A DNA stretch of 64,000 nt, from the NCBI GenBank assembly GCA_965285935.1, contig OZ260665.1, positions 39,680,001 through 39,744,000 on the forward strand, given 5' to 3'. Below, one piece after another: positions 27,001-42,000 of this stretch. The stretch is from Ophelia neglecta. Lineage: Eukaryota. The notes below the pieces were generated by a model, which did no database searches, was not told the DNA's origin, and saw nothing but the letters and a program-made list of their open reading frames with translations. The translations under genes were made by a program, and so were the position numbers. Within the stretch, counting starts at the first letter, position 1; the number at the start of each line of letters is the position of its first letter.

Positions 27001-30000
27001 TGCAGCCGCTTCTCACGAAGAAGTCTCTCGGCTTTAATATGAGGCTACCGATCAGTGAAGGGTCACTGGTAGGACACCATTTGAGTTAAGATTTGTTACT
27101 CAGGGTTAACTAGATTTATCAATTTGTTTCTTATCAGCGGTCGTATTTGGAATATATTAAGTACTGCATTGACCAGCGGGAGGCAAACTATAAGCATTCT
27201 TTAATTTTGTTTGAAATCCACACTTCTATTCTTGCATCTATTCAACGAGGAACTGTATTACTCAGATACTATCATTTTCTTACTCAGATAACCGAGGGAC
27301 TTTTATGCGCATAACACTTCCGAACTATATACTTATCAATTCTGCCACTCTGTCATTATTTATACAGTATTCTCCAACTATTAGCAGAGACCTGCCCTCA
27401 TGACACCTGTATAAATAATGATAAAAACCTACTAACTAACAGAAGTGGATGTGATGTTTGTTAGTTTAACATCTGAGTAACAAATCGTTACTCAGTTTGT
27501 GTCCTACTAGTGAAGGGTGCGTCCTGGTTGAAGACTTGTGTAATTACCGCTGGCTTGCACTATCGTGCTCCGGTGACTGCTTGTCATTTGTTATAACAGA
27601 AGCCGTAGATAGTACAGCTCGTAACTGACCCGGCCGAGGAGACAAGTAATGGCTCGCCAATGATAAGCCCATTCATTTCCCAAGGCGACCGCTACATTTG
27701 GCGTGACAATGACGCGTGAAGTGTTAGACAAAGAACCGGATATGTCTTCGGGACACCTCCTACCAATTGAAAATAGCCCCTAAAATCCGCCGAAGGCGCC
27801 CATTACCAATGTCGTCTGCGCAGACCTATCGACAAATTTAACCAAGCATTGCAGTCGGGGTTCGAGTAAAGCCTTGATGTTGCCATGGCCACTGGTCAGA
27901 CAAGAAGGCCAGTTTGTGCGTCATAACTACCTTCAAGGGACGATATCTAACATGGTATGTCAAGAAACTTTGCCCGCCAAAGATGATCTATATATCTGTC
28001 AATACTAGAAAGAAATAGTCGGTTCAATTGCGCCAGTTCGGACTAACAAGATCTCCTCTGAATAGAACAACCACCGTTTCATTATAGAAATTTGATTTCG
28101 TAAAATAATCTTACATGAATCTCATTTAGACTATCCGATTATTTCTTGTGTATTATAGTCCGCCCTTTGTATTACTGCAGCTCATAGAAGTGATGTGACT
28201 ATAGAACGAATACGACACACTACTACTGTAGTCTGCGGCACTTTAGTATAATATGGTCTTTGAAAATCGCCCATAAGGATTTTCTAGCTTGAAAAATTGT
28301 TATTCTGAACCCAAATAATAATGATATAATTTCAGCTTTCAAAACACTACTGGAATGATCTTTGCACACATTTTATCTGTATTTCTTTTAAATTTCATGT
28401 AAATCGCCTCGCCTGAATCGGGCACAAACTGTGCTACAATTGTACGGGAGCTTCATCCGTGGCACTGATTCTTCACTTTCTCAGACTAGACCTCTGGTGA
28501 AGAAGGCTAGCTAGTCTATGAGTCCCAAGCCGGTATTTATGATACAGTTTTATGATACAGATTTAATGCCTGATGTCTGGCTTTCCTCTGTATACCAAGC
28601 TGTATACCCAAACTTCAGTTTACCAAGATGCCTGTAGAGCCTAACATCTGCGTACTTAGCTGTCTTGGGGCACAACCTCTGTATACTAGACTGTCTGTAG
28701 GGCATAACCATTTATACCGAACTGTGGTGAGTGTCTTACTTCTGATACAAAGCTGAGTTGAGTGTCAAACACGTTTCCAAGCTTGGTTAAGTGTCTAACG
28801 TCCGTTACCAAGCTGGGTTAAGTTGCTAATGTCCATTACCAAGCTGTTTTTTATGTGTCCAACCTCTGTCACCAAACTGGGTTTAGAGTCTTACATTTGT
28901 TTCCACATTGGGTTTGGTTACCAAGCGGGGTTAAGTGGCTTACCTCCGTTATCAAGCTGGGTTTAGTGTCTAACCTCTCTAACCAAACTGGGTTTAGAGT
29001 CTCAGACACTAAGCCCAGCATGGTATGCCTTTTTTACTATGCTGGGTTTAGTGCCGACCACTGTTACCAAGCAGGGTTTAGTGTCTCAACTCTGTTACCA
29101 AGCTGGTTTTAGTGTCTCAACTCTGTTACCATGCTGGGTTTAGTGTCTCAACTCTGTTACCATGCTGGGATTAGTTTCTCAAATCTGTTACCATGCTGGG
29201 ATTAGTTTCTCAATTCTGTTACCATGCTGGGTTTAGTGTCTCAACTCTGTTACCAAGCTGGGTTTAGTGTCTCAACTATGTTACCAAGCTGGGTTAAGTG
29301 TCTCAACTATGTTACCAAGCTGGGTTAAGTGTCTCAACTATGTTACCAAGCTGGGTTAAGTGTCTCAACTCTTTTACCATGCTAGGTTTAGTGTCTCAAC
29401 TCTGTTACCAAGCTGGGTTTAGTGTCTCAACTATGTTACCAAGCTGGGTTAAGTGTCTCAACTATGTTACCAAGCTGGGTTAAGTGTCTCAACTCTTTTA
29501 CCATGCTAGGTTTAGTGTCTCAACTCTGTTACCATGCTGGGTTTAGTGTTCCAGCTCGGTTACCATGCTGGGTTTAGTCGCTAACTTCTGTTACAACATT
29601 CAGTTAAGTATCAAACTTCTTTTACCGAGCTGGGTGGTAAAGTGTCTAAAGCCTGTTTTCAACATGCTTTTAGCCCCTAACCACGTTTCTCTGTACATCA
29701 AACTGAAAGTGGTGTTATTTCTTGCATAGCCACGGTTAACCAATCTGCTTTCATAGAAGTACATCTATAAATAGTGTGTAGTTTCCAGATGTAGTGTCTG
29801 GTTAGCATTATTAATAATATACATAAACAAACCATCAATTGAAGAAATAAATATGAAAAATACTACCTATGGAATATCAGTTTAGTTCCTTTATAACAAT
29901 GTCTACGAGCACATAGTCCTGACAATTACTGTGTTGATTCCGGAAACTGATGGAGGGCATGCGTTAGGGAAAAGGGACCCTCAGGATAAGAATTAGGCGT

Positions 30001-33000
30001 GTTCTTTCGTAGATTTACATCTAATGACACAGGACTTCATACTGATGTCTGAAGAATACGGTTCCCCTGGGTTTAATTTGGAGGGCCACGTCTGGTACAG
30101 CGCCATTAGGAGGCACGCGAGCAATTTCTCAACACATGCTTATCTGATTTGTCCCAACGCACAGGCCTTTACTATTATCAAATAATTTGAATATAGTGTC
30201 TATGTTAAGCAATAAAATTATAACTCAAGTGCAATGGCAGTCCATATTCTGGAACTTAAGTGCTAACTTAATCAGGAAATAATTTAGGACCTAGCTTTTC
30301 AACGAAAGCAATAAAGAGAGTAGGGAAACATCACACAGGAAGGCTTTTGCGAGACAATTTGGTAAGGTACAGAAGAGAAATAAAATGCCCGGAAGTTTTG
30401 CAAGAGGCAATGGTAGTGTGTCCAATCCCTCATATATACTGATCCTATATGCTGGTTCTATATGCTAGTCTCTGGTTAAATAAGCAAACATATAACACAG
30501 TGTTGCATTATGCTGATTGCTTTCCACTTTTTTGTCCAAAAAAGGCTTCTCACCTCTGCATTGCCTTTTTCACCTATCACAGTTGCTCGGACGATAAATT
30601 TCAACAAACAAACGAAGAGGCAACCTGAGTTAAAAACACTCAACCTGTCACTTTGGCGCGAACACTAAAAAAAAAGTGTTGCCATAATTATATCACGTGG
30701 CAAGTTGGAACCTGTCGGTTTATCTTTGTCTATGACAGGTACTAATGGTATTGGATCTGATAAAAGAAAGTAAAGTTTAACAGCGATAGGTGACAGAGGA
30801 ACCTATAACGAGAGGAACTGGGCGGATTTCTAGAAATCTTCTAGCAAACTTAAAGAATGAAAATACAATCATTTAAAGCTCCTGTTGACAACAAAGCATT
30901 AATAGTTAAATGATTTTATTTTGCCCATCAGCCTGCAACTACTGTAGTTATTAGGTATTAAACATGTCCGTAGGAGGAACTGTACCCGAGTCTGTACCTG
31001 TCATACTCCTGTGGTCTACTCCTACCTATCCCGGCAGGTGTCGCGCTTTCTGAGTTAAGCGCCACCTAACGACCACTGGGGGCTCTAGTACGTAGGCCAA
31101 ATAGGGTGCTTTACCCTAACGCTTATGTAGTGGTTTTCTGCATTATTCCACAGATTTACCAAGAAACTGAATGTCAAAGTAAAATTCAATATAATGATAG
31201 TCATCGATATCCTAAACTTCTAGTTGAAGTCACGAGCCCGACCAAGGCCACCGGAAGTGTGCTATTCAGAGGACCATTTCGGTCCCTTCGTTTTATATAA
31301 TTGCCGGAAAAGTGTTTATACTAAACCAATGGTATAACCCGTTAACCCTAGTTTATTGTTCTTTTAAACAACATGGAAATCATGCGTATTTTATGTCGTC
31401 AATATTAGACGAGAGGCACGACTCCTAGTGCCTAAAAATGGTTCTTCTTTGAAAACACATAATTATATGTCACACTAATAAAGGCAAGGTTTCTCACCAT
31501 TCCTTTTAACTGCCACGTTTGAGTCATCCCTTTCACTTAATTACCCCAGAGGTGACAGGCAATGGCAGAGACGAATTGCGTGCCGACACAATACTCTAAT
31601 GGGGTGTCAAAGAGCTGCAAAGCGTTTCAAATCTTCACCTCCAAAAAAGTACCCATACATCATCATGAATTGAAACGATTACATTTGGAATTCCACTTGG
31701 ACTGGTTATTGACGGCACAGACCATTGACTCCCAGCACACCACTAAAGAGCAATACGGACGTAATAACAAAGAAACTTAATCCAAGAGAGGTATCTTCAA
31801 GTTTGGAACGAACATACATGTACACCGTCAGCTACGTTGACGAAACATTATTTATTCATCAAGAACTCCCTGGTTAAAGCTGAACAGTCGACCAGTATGG
31901 AAATAGGTAATTATGTATATTAAAATTTCAGTCTGATGTCAAGGGGGGAGGGGTAATCCATCAACCCTACAGCTTCAGGTGTAACCACGATACAATACTT
32001 GGTAATATTTAAAGCAAATTTGGTCCATTATACGAGAAAAGGTCCTTTAGTTTCTTATTTAAAGTCACTGTCTTACAATTAGGACGTGTATACTAGGTTT
32101 AAAAACTTTTTACACGAGCACATGTAAAATTCAAATTTTCGAGACCGGGAGTTCAAAAATTTGACTATTTCGGCACGTACTTAAATAATTTGCTTGAGTA
32201 TTGACATTACAACATTGTCTTTTGTCGGGGGATAATTTCCCACCTATTGAGTACTTGACGATGATATATGATACATTAAGCTGCCAAGGTAATACAAATG
32301 AATAGGGGGACTACACTGACCCTTGAAGTCTCGTGTTCATTCCGGCCACTCGAGCTCTGTCAAAGACGGCTGGACGTGAGAAGACTGCGACACTAAATGC
32401 CAAATACAAGAATAGTGTTGTCAGGGAAAATCAAATGTGATCTATACAATGCCTCCAGAGCTTTGCCTAAGAAGGGTCTGGACAATAAGAAATACTCTAT
32501 AGTCAAACCTAAATCCTGATTTATATGTGATTTGACAAGTCAGGCAATCGCTCCGGATAGCAACCGTTTATAGCTCGATGACATTTATTTCGTTGACTTG
32601 CTTGATTATCACTCAGTCCCAAGTTTGGAATGGCGTTCTATTTTGGGCAACTTTGGTCGACTTATTGAACAAAACTAAGCCCGCGTTTATTTTCTATTAC
32701 CGTGGCTGGTGTACATGTAGGCCTAATTTAACGTTGATTAAAGCTCAAGCCATCTGAGCTCTCTAACCCGCCCATTTGGAGCAGCAATTGCTATATCCCA
32801 TCAAGACCACTTACAGCGCTAAGAAATTTTCTTTATGAAGGAGAGCTGTCCATAAAGTCAGATAAAATCGCTAGCCTCAATAATAACTAATCCCCCTCTG
32901 TATTCCCAGGCAGCCGACCAAGTCCAATCGTATAGTTGCTTTCTGACAAGTAGCTCATGCAGCCAAATTTGCCTGAAAAACAACTCTGTGAAGAAAATTA

Positions 33001-36000
33001 CGGCTTAACAAGAGATGTGGTCTCCATCTCGACTGGTAGCAATCACTGGCAGGTCTTTGAGGAGAGTATGTTTATACTATATGTATCCCTGGGAAAGTGC
33101 TGAAACTTGACCCAAGTTTCGCCGGAAAAGGCTACGTCCGCCCAAACCATAGTGACTGGTCACAATCATCCCATGTGGAGTTGTGAAAGTGAATGTTTAT
33201 TAATTGACAATAATCTTCAATTTGTTATATTAATTATGTTATCAAAACGTAGAAAATACCTTCTTACTGTCAAAGAAAACATCTGCCGGTGTTCCAATAG
33301 TTCAATAACTTTGAAATGGCCCTGTTAATGCCCCTATTGTTTAAACCTAATGAATTATACATTATAGAATGTATAATTCTATTTGAAATATTCTGGTGAA
33401 TTTTTAACGACATCCATTATTGGACGCTAGTCCCTCCACCTCAACCCTTACCCCCACCCCCACCCCCACCCCCACCCCCACAATGCCCCCCTCCCGCATT
33501 TGCCCCGCTTTTGCCCTTGACGTACTATTGGCTAGGCCAAAAACCCATGGCTTAGGAAATCGGACATGAAGCGCATCTTTGGTATTGACAAAAATATCAA
33601 CATGGTTGGGTAGGTTAGAACATCACTTTTTCATGCCTGCCTTGCCTAAAATTTCATTATATCCACACAAGAGAACACATGGTGCTTCTTCATGCATTAT
33701 TATGCTGAAATTGACGCCCTGAGGCAATTTTCAGAGTGACTTGTCAAAAAACAGACCATTGGCTAGGGAAATTTGGTAATAATCCGACCCGTGGTTAGGG
33801 AGTTGGCCTAAAAAATCAACCCTGTGGCACACTCGTAATATGGCCAACATAGTTGGTATCAGACAACAGCACTAAACATGCTTGGGCGATCTTTTAAATA
33901 CAACCCATTTTCATGGTGGCTTGTCCAAAAAAATATACATATATGTATATACACATATATATCTATATATTTAAATATATATATTGGACCAAAGACATTG
34001 AGCCAATGCTTCTGCCGATACATTTACACCAGCTTTTGGTCTTGTGTTACGACTTCAGATCTGCAGATGGTGCAATCGTCTTTGGGAGTTACATGACATG
34101 TTATTTGCCATGTCGGCCATCAACCCAAGCCATTACAATAATAGCTTTCTCCTGGGTGTCTTCCATTTGATACAATCAAGCAAATAGAGGCGCTACACCT
34201 ACTGTAATTGTATTCGCGTCGCCTTTAGCTGTTCGGGCGATTTATCAGCGATCTGCTCCGACTTTAATCATTTAAACGTGGACGGGAAGAATCAAGATGG
34301 AGACAAACACAGTGGAGGCCCATGGTAATCCACTTGCTGATAATCTGCTTTAAAAGCTATTTTGAGGACCAATCCTATTTCAACCACTGATGAGTAATAA
34401 TTGATGATCACTGCTCGTGTTCCTTGCCAGAGGGCTAACAGGAATATTTAAGAAAACACTCCATAATAAAAAGTCAGTGTTTTGAAACATTGCTGAACAA
34501 AATTCAATAATGACCTGTCATAATCACTATAATACCTAGCTTTTCACCGACTGATTTTTAAAATAAATTATCTACCGTGTGTTACAAATTTCTAGATCCA
34601 TTTCTATGCACAGAATCATTGTTAAGCAAAACTACTGTGGCCTAGCACAGAAAATAATCTGAATATATTTTAGTTTTGTGGTTATCATTCGCAGCTTCAT
34701 ACTACATTATTTCGCCCGTAATAGCAGGTCTATTTTTCACTTCTTAGAAGATCTACATGTAACGTAAATAATGTGCACACAATAACATAAATAAACTACT
34801 CGTTATTGGTTGATCTGAGATAGGCTAGCTAGCTGTTTTTATGAGTCTATTTGTTATTGAAAACGTTGAACCCTGTTTCAAACAGGTTAGGATGTGTTAA
34901 CAGTTAATAATCGAAATAAATGTGATACTTAAATATGCCACAATCTTGCTAACAAGGCGCTGTGCCATAACTAATTTCATGTATGATATAGAAGTAATTT
35001 TCTGTTTACATACGAAAGCAACTGTATGTTTATTCCACTGTGCTTTAAACAAAGTCTTCGTACGAGAGGAGTCTACTGAACAGACATATTTAAATTGGAA
35101 AATAAAACTACAGTGGTGTAATTACACAGTAAATGCATTTTATTGTGTTGGGAAACATCCATGGTTACAAGAATTCAATAGTCCGAAGAGGAAGATGTTT
35201 CCTATAGATTTTTTAAAAAAAAACTATACGGAGAAAACTTATACTACCGCCTATTATTTATTGTTCTGTTGAAAATAAAGGGACGTGTATTGGCTTCTGG
35301 TGTCTGGGATATATGTGACTGATCTGTACGAGGTTACCCGTCAATAGAAGGATCAAGCTGGGAAACGGGTGATTTGTCATAGATAATAGATAATGTCATT
35401 GCTGAGGCCCAGCTGCAGAGGTTTAACATCAGTTCTTAGAGTGCAAGGAACCGTAGCCCTCGTGTGCTTGATCCACTACTTGATGATACAGTTGACATCG
35501 CATGTAAACAGGATCTTGTAAGACAACCAGGGGAGCAATTTTTTGAGCAATTACATTCAGTTTATCCGTCACCAGTCTCAATGGATTTGAAGATATTTGG
35601 GTTGATCCGTTTAAAAGCCATCCCTGGTCCAAGCCATGTATACGAGTAGTTATTAAACCTTACTTTTAGCCCTATAAGGCGGATTATTTCATATTTTCCA
35701 TATTATCCAATTGTATGTTCTCCGTAATGTGACGATAAAAACAATTGCAAACGAAGAAAGAAACATAGCCGTAATTCTGGGTCTGTTATGCTTTCGTATG
35801 GAAATACATTGTTTTTTAACGTAATATGATGCCATTAAACCTCCGGAAAAATCCATGTTGAAATCAGTAGGAAATTTTGGGTAATAAACCCGAAAATACT
35901 GGTAACACGTCCAATACATCAAGATGCTCGGTATAATTTTCTAGGATATTGACTTATCCATCCATCATTCTGTCAGTTTTCGCAAGCTGCCAACGCTATA

Positions 36001-39000
36001 ACGTAATGTATTCTGAAAGACTGTAAGACTCATACGAGAGAACATCGTCGGGGGAAACATGAAAAGGACTCTAAATAACAACGACGAAATGATAGGTGCC
36101 TTGTTATTACACAGATGTCCTAGCAAGAGTTGTTCAAACGTAGTTGATTTGATTTCTGAAGGCCCAATTGCATGTACAAAGGCTATCATGAGAGCGACCT
36201 CGAGGAAGTCATGTCCATGAAGTTTATTGTATTGTTTAAGTCCCTTTGGAGAACCAACCTATTTATTTCAAGGAATAATACAAACAGTGTGCAAACTGCT
36301 AAAAGATTGGATTTTTTTTTTCTCGAATATATGTGGCTCCCAACCTTTAAACTCGGCCCACTTCGCCTGCAATAACAGGGCATGTCATATCTTCCTAGTA
36401 AGCAGAATGAGTTCGACTTTAACACCGTATTGAGATAAAGAAAAAGGATGAAGGCTAACGCGGAAAAAAATGTTAAACACCATTATTATTTTCATCGGTG
36501 CCTTAAAAGGGCGTCGCCACCAGTTTTAAACTGTCTCTCTTAATAATGAGGTCAATGTCCTTTCACTATCAGCATATTCAAAAACGAAGCAGTTCGATGT
36601 GACTTACAAACTATGCACTGGAAAATCGACAGGCTTAATATTCTGTCTACGATCAAGCATCCCGCTTTGAATATGCTCTTAAGCCTTATTCGATTTTTAC
36701 AAGTTTGCCGAGGCCGTATATTATCCTTCGTATAAACAGATAAAACATTGAGGTGTCTTTCGACTAAGGCATTCACGTGACGAAACTAGAAATAAATCTC
36801 ATTGAGCTCCGTGGATTTGGTTATATGCTTAATATGACATACTACAAAGTCACATAATTCTTGGTATTTGCTTCAAAGATTGTGGTTAGTATCAGAGGCT
36901 CATTTTAACAAAGGCTGTTTGTGGCCTTGCGTGGGCTTGGGATAGAAATTACAATGCGGACACACGTCATTGCACTTCCGGTTAAGTGCTGCTTCTTTCC
37001 GCTGTTTTTTCTGCTCTCATGCACAAGGAAACAAAGAATAATTAGGATACAACTATGAGTAATAACCTGACGATGGATGAGCAATATGATATATAATTTT
37101 GTTTTTGTTTCATCGATTTTACCATTTTAGCTATCATGTGTAGCCTATATATGCATGGTAGCCAAAGTCTCGTATCCAATTTTTATGCCAACATCGCTAT
37201 CAAATTTATCTTGCCCCGTTTACTGCCAAATGAAATTATCTGTGTTTCATTTAGCAATTTTACCAATTTTCTCAGAGGCCAATATGTGTCTTTTTAGTGA
37301 CTTCTAAAATTGTCTTTTAATGTTAAGAAATTTATTGAACTTGTATTAGAGGGAACGTTATTAACCTAATGGTGTAGCCTTGGAATAAATCTGTCGAATC
37401 TAATTTCAATAATGAGCACATGATGCAGACAGCCTGACATAAACCAAATCCCAGAAAAGCAGTCTGCCTAATATTTTCCTAAATTCACATTAGAACATCA
37501 TCTCATTGGAATTAAGCCACGAGGCATGACAGTTTTATGGTATGTAAATCTACTCGATACGAATCAGACCGCCATGGCGTTCTGTCAATACAGCATTTCA
37601 CCAGTCTACCCTGGTATGCCTAATTCTACATTGAGGATACTGTGCACAGAGGTTTGATGAATGATGTATAGACATTATGCACGGGCCGAACTCGTAGATA
37701 CGTAGTCTAATAATGTGTTGATCCCAGTATATTTTGTTCTGCGCATTTCGCATTAAAGTACGAACTGTTCGTTACGTATGACTATATTTCCAATAGCACA
37801 TTAATCGGGTTTTTGTCCATGAATGATACAAGGAAGGTGATATTTCTTAAAAAATGGGCGCGGTGTGATTTTTATGACATTTTCATTGATATTAAACGAT
37901 ATTGTTAATGATATTGACCGTGAACAAATTTAAAGTTGTTAATTATTGTCTTTTTTTCACTTTATTTATTATTTTGCCATCAAAGACTTCGCGTTAGATT
38001 TATTCTATTTCTAGTACAATTTGCCTATAATCATAAGGCCTTTGTCGCATTTGAAACTCCCCCTGGCGCATTTTCGTGGAATTGGGAGACCAAATCCATG
38101 CGCAGTACCATTAAATGTAACTCCATACGAAATGATTGCGTTGTCTAAATCATGGAGGCGGGGTTAACCCGTTCATTCTTGATGTCAATAAAACGGTTCA
38201 ATCGAAAGAATATTCAGAATTTCAAAGATAAAATTGATCATAGTTCTAGGAGAAGCTTTCATGGCTTTTTTTAAATTGATTTCCATTTAAAACAATCAGA
38301 CAATCCGGGGCATTTCAGCCAAAAAAACAAATTCTAGTTTGTACGGCCTATAGCTAATCTGTGGATAAATTACGGTTTTATTTGTTGATCAAACAGGATG
38401 TGTCTAAAAACCTCTCAATCTGATGTGGGTCGAAGTTTTGGAGGATTATCCGATCCATTTGAATTGTGTCAATGCTAATTAGAAAAGACAAAAAAAAGTA
38501 TAATATAACAACTCGGAATTTCATTTTTTTAAATGTCGTAATGACACGCATCAAAACAATCTGTACTGGGCATGTAACGTAATGAAAAACATGATTAAGT
38601 CATTTTTCAAAACTTGTGGGACTAGACGACGTGTTTTCGTACCTATTTTGACTGTAGTATCTGGTTGCACATTTGACGTAATGCCTCTATCTTTAAAGAT
38701 GAGATGTGACCTAAAGGCAGATGTAAACACCCACGCTGGAAAGTTACCACCATCCTCTCAACAAAAACATACATCCTCTATAGTGTCAGCTTTAGCTGTG
38801 TGTCTGAGGGACATGGCAATGTCCCCGTCAAACTCCTACTCTATGTCTCCAGACTCTAGAAAAATAGGTCTATTAAAGTACCAAGTTACCACAGTATCTA
38901 ATGAAACTATCTAGACAGTATTATACTCAAACAATTCCTAGCCTAGTGTGGTGATTAATGGGAGAGTGTGCGTTTAAAATACACCTTTCCAGAACAAGCG

Positions 39001-42000
39001 CAGCACTTCCAAATGTCCTCATTTATTCGCCATTGATGCCATTTGAAATCAAATCCTTAAAGATTCCTATCCAAATTGTATACAGCACTACAAACTCTCT
39101 GCCTTGCCTTCAGCTGGTATTATAGACGAGTCGACTACGGCGAGACACACAATTGAAGAACGTCTATAAATACAACGCTTCTGGGTTTTTTTCTGTCTGC
39201 ACAATTTGCATAGCTGAATAGACCTGAACAAACGAGACAAAAACGCAAATGGTAGTGGAACTCAAACAGCCATAGCCATTCATCTACAGACTTTAATATC
39301 ACTTTCTTCATAAGTCGAAGTTTTCATGATTTAAATCCACAACTGTCCTACAAAATACGAGCCATGTGTATATGACCTGAAGACTAAGGCAAAGAGAAGT
39401 GTAAAGAGTTTTATTTGTCACTTTACACACTCCATTTTGCCAAAATTGGTATCTATTTTGATACTCAACCTGGCTTTAAACCGCCAAATTGATTTAATTT
39501 TTGCTAGAAATATTCCTTCACAGCTCAGAAAGGGAATTTACGTTTTTAGACCCCCAAAAGGTAGCGTCAAACATGATAATTTGTAACCAGCTCACAAAAT
39601 CTTATCTCAACCTGTCGAGAACTACAGGCACCATCTTTGCCAAAATCGAACATGTTAAGTTACAAAGGAACGTGTTTTAGTATACATCACCACTTAGCTT
39701 TTGTTTTCAAGCAAAAGGTAAGCAATGCATAAACGGAACAAGCAGACGACACAACTTTATCAAAGTGAAGGGATCATCCGCCGACAATGTATGCGCGGCA
39801 TATCAAACAAGAAAGAATGCTTCCTTTTTATAATAAATAATAATGAGAATAATAATTGAGTATCCATTTTTAAGGGTGTCATGCTTTTTATTTGCCCTTG
39901 TTATTTTGCTGTTAGTTGGTGCCCGTAGTGATTGACTTCGTGTTAACATAACACTAAATAAATGACTAGCTTGCTAGTATCGCTAAAAAATCAACTCGTT
40001 GCGCTAGCTTAAGCTAAGGACAGCCATTAGATGGCCGAGGCAACGTCAAGGTCACTGCCGCCGGTTTGTGAATTGATAGGATATAAACCCTATTAAATTT
40101 TAATACGAAGAAAATTGTATTTTGTTGGTGGCATACCTAGGAATGAAGCCATGCATACTGATAAAAGTGAGAGTACGATGTGTGACTAGGCATACTGATC
40201 AATGTTTAGCTTTAGAGAAACGATGGCAAGATTACCAAAATAATAAAACGGAAACTGGGTAGCTTCTGTCAAGTCATATTAACGTTCGAGCTATTTTTAC
40301 TAAGGACAAATAACAAATCGAGGTTTAAACTATATGAATATTTGAAGTCTTTATCTCATGTTTATCGGTCAAATTGGGGTCCATCAACTGTTAAAAATCG
40401 ACCTTTTTGAATATTTTGATCTCTGCATTTTTTAATGATTATTATTAGGTCTAATACTCAAAAGTCACAATAAGCATCCAAATATTAGGAATATTGTACC
40501 TGGCTTTGTATTTAACTAATAAGTTGAAGAAAAAGTAGGGCTCCCATGTATGTGAAAACTAGGACTGATTGAGATTGCATGGCTCAGGTAAGTTCTGCCC
40601 TTTTTGCCAGTATTTAAGGGAGTAGTCTCCCAAGCCATCATGAGGCAGGCGATACTTGGTTGGCATTCTGCTGGTAAACAAAATACATGAAGACATTTAT
40701 TGGGAATAATTGTTTGAAATGAATACGTCAGGCTATAGGTCATCTTTTAGTGGTCATGATTCCGAATAGGGCATAATACCCCCTCTATTTTCGTAAAAGT
40801 TTGAAAAATAATCATTTTCAACAGTCCAATTGTTTTAATGATTAACACAGGGAAATTAGACGAGTACATAATTCAATAACTTGAATAAAAACAATGGGTC
40901 ACCAGAGTACTTTTCTAAAAACATACTAAGTTTGAATAATCAACGAATAGCCAAAAGTAGGGTAAAATTAGTTGATTTACGGCTCAAATTGGCCAATTTG
41001 GGGTCATGGCCATTGAGAAATAACCTTTGGGCTGATGGACTCATTTCAAAAAAGCATTCCCAATATAGTTCTCCATGCATTCAGTCTACCTGCGGAAGGT
41101 CAACTGTCTACACTGTTGCCCCTATGTCACCTTCTTGCATGAATTCAAAGGATTGGACACTACTGGCTTACGTCATTGTATTAGTGATTTTTGTCACACA
41201 AGGCTTAACAAAATTGTTTCATGCCTTATTACATGTCTTTAATCATTGAGGTAGTGTTTCGATACTCAAAATACTACATACAAACCAATAGCTTGTTCGT
41301 ATTTATAGACTTTTGATGTCCCAAAATAACTTGGGATGCGAGCGCATTATCAGCCTAATTTAAGGGCGCCATCCTTTTAAAAGTGAAAATGCACCCCCAT
41401 AGTATTTTATTCAGAAGAAAGAAATCATTTGTTTCAAATCCTTAGTATGCTGAATTATATGGTATCTCCCGTTTATCCATTAATGTTCAAAAGCTATTTT
41501 TGCTTACAATACTAACACAAGTACATATGAAAGTCATCTTTATTTGTTCAGCTGGGGAGGCACGCTATGTCTTAAGTGGCGTCACCTCTGATTACTCGCT
41601 ACAGCTTATTTTCGTGAGCAGAAATACAATCAGTGATCCTCTTGTATCTAAAGAGCATCTGCTGCCTTGAACAGAACCTCATCAGATATTACAAAGACTA
41701 TTTTATAATAAGCCTGGAGGTTGGCGTCAAGGTCCTCTCAGGATTATATAAGTCTGAATTATATAATCATGTGTGCATTGAAAAATTATAGGATTTGCTT
41801 GCGTAACTCTGAACACTGTTTATATCTCGACCAGTACTGTTACACATACACGCATGCCTGTACTAACAGAGCCAGTTAATATTAAAATAACAAGACGTTA
41901 CAGTCGATATGCGGCTGCTTAGCTAACGAATCAGATAGATAGCACTAAGACCCCCCAAACTGGAGAGCAGAAGACAGAAATAGAGACAGATGGCAGACGT

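Noticed and set aside
28590-29635. CRISPR-like or telomeric array
   Set aside because: Units are head-to-tail with no unique spacers and there are no cas genes. GGGTTTAG occurs once per unit, not as tandem telomeric repeats.
35380-35650. Short overlapping ORFs that look protein-like
   Set aside because: They have no recognisable domain, internal stops and no coherent splice signals.
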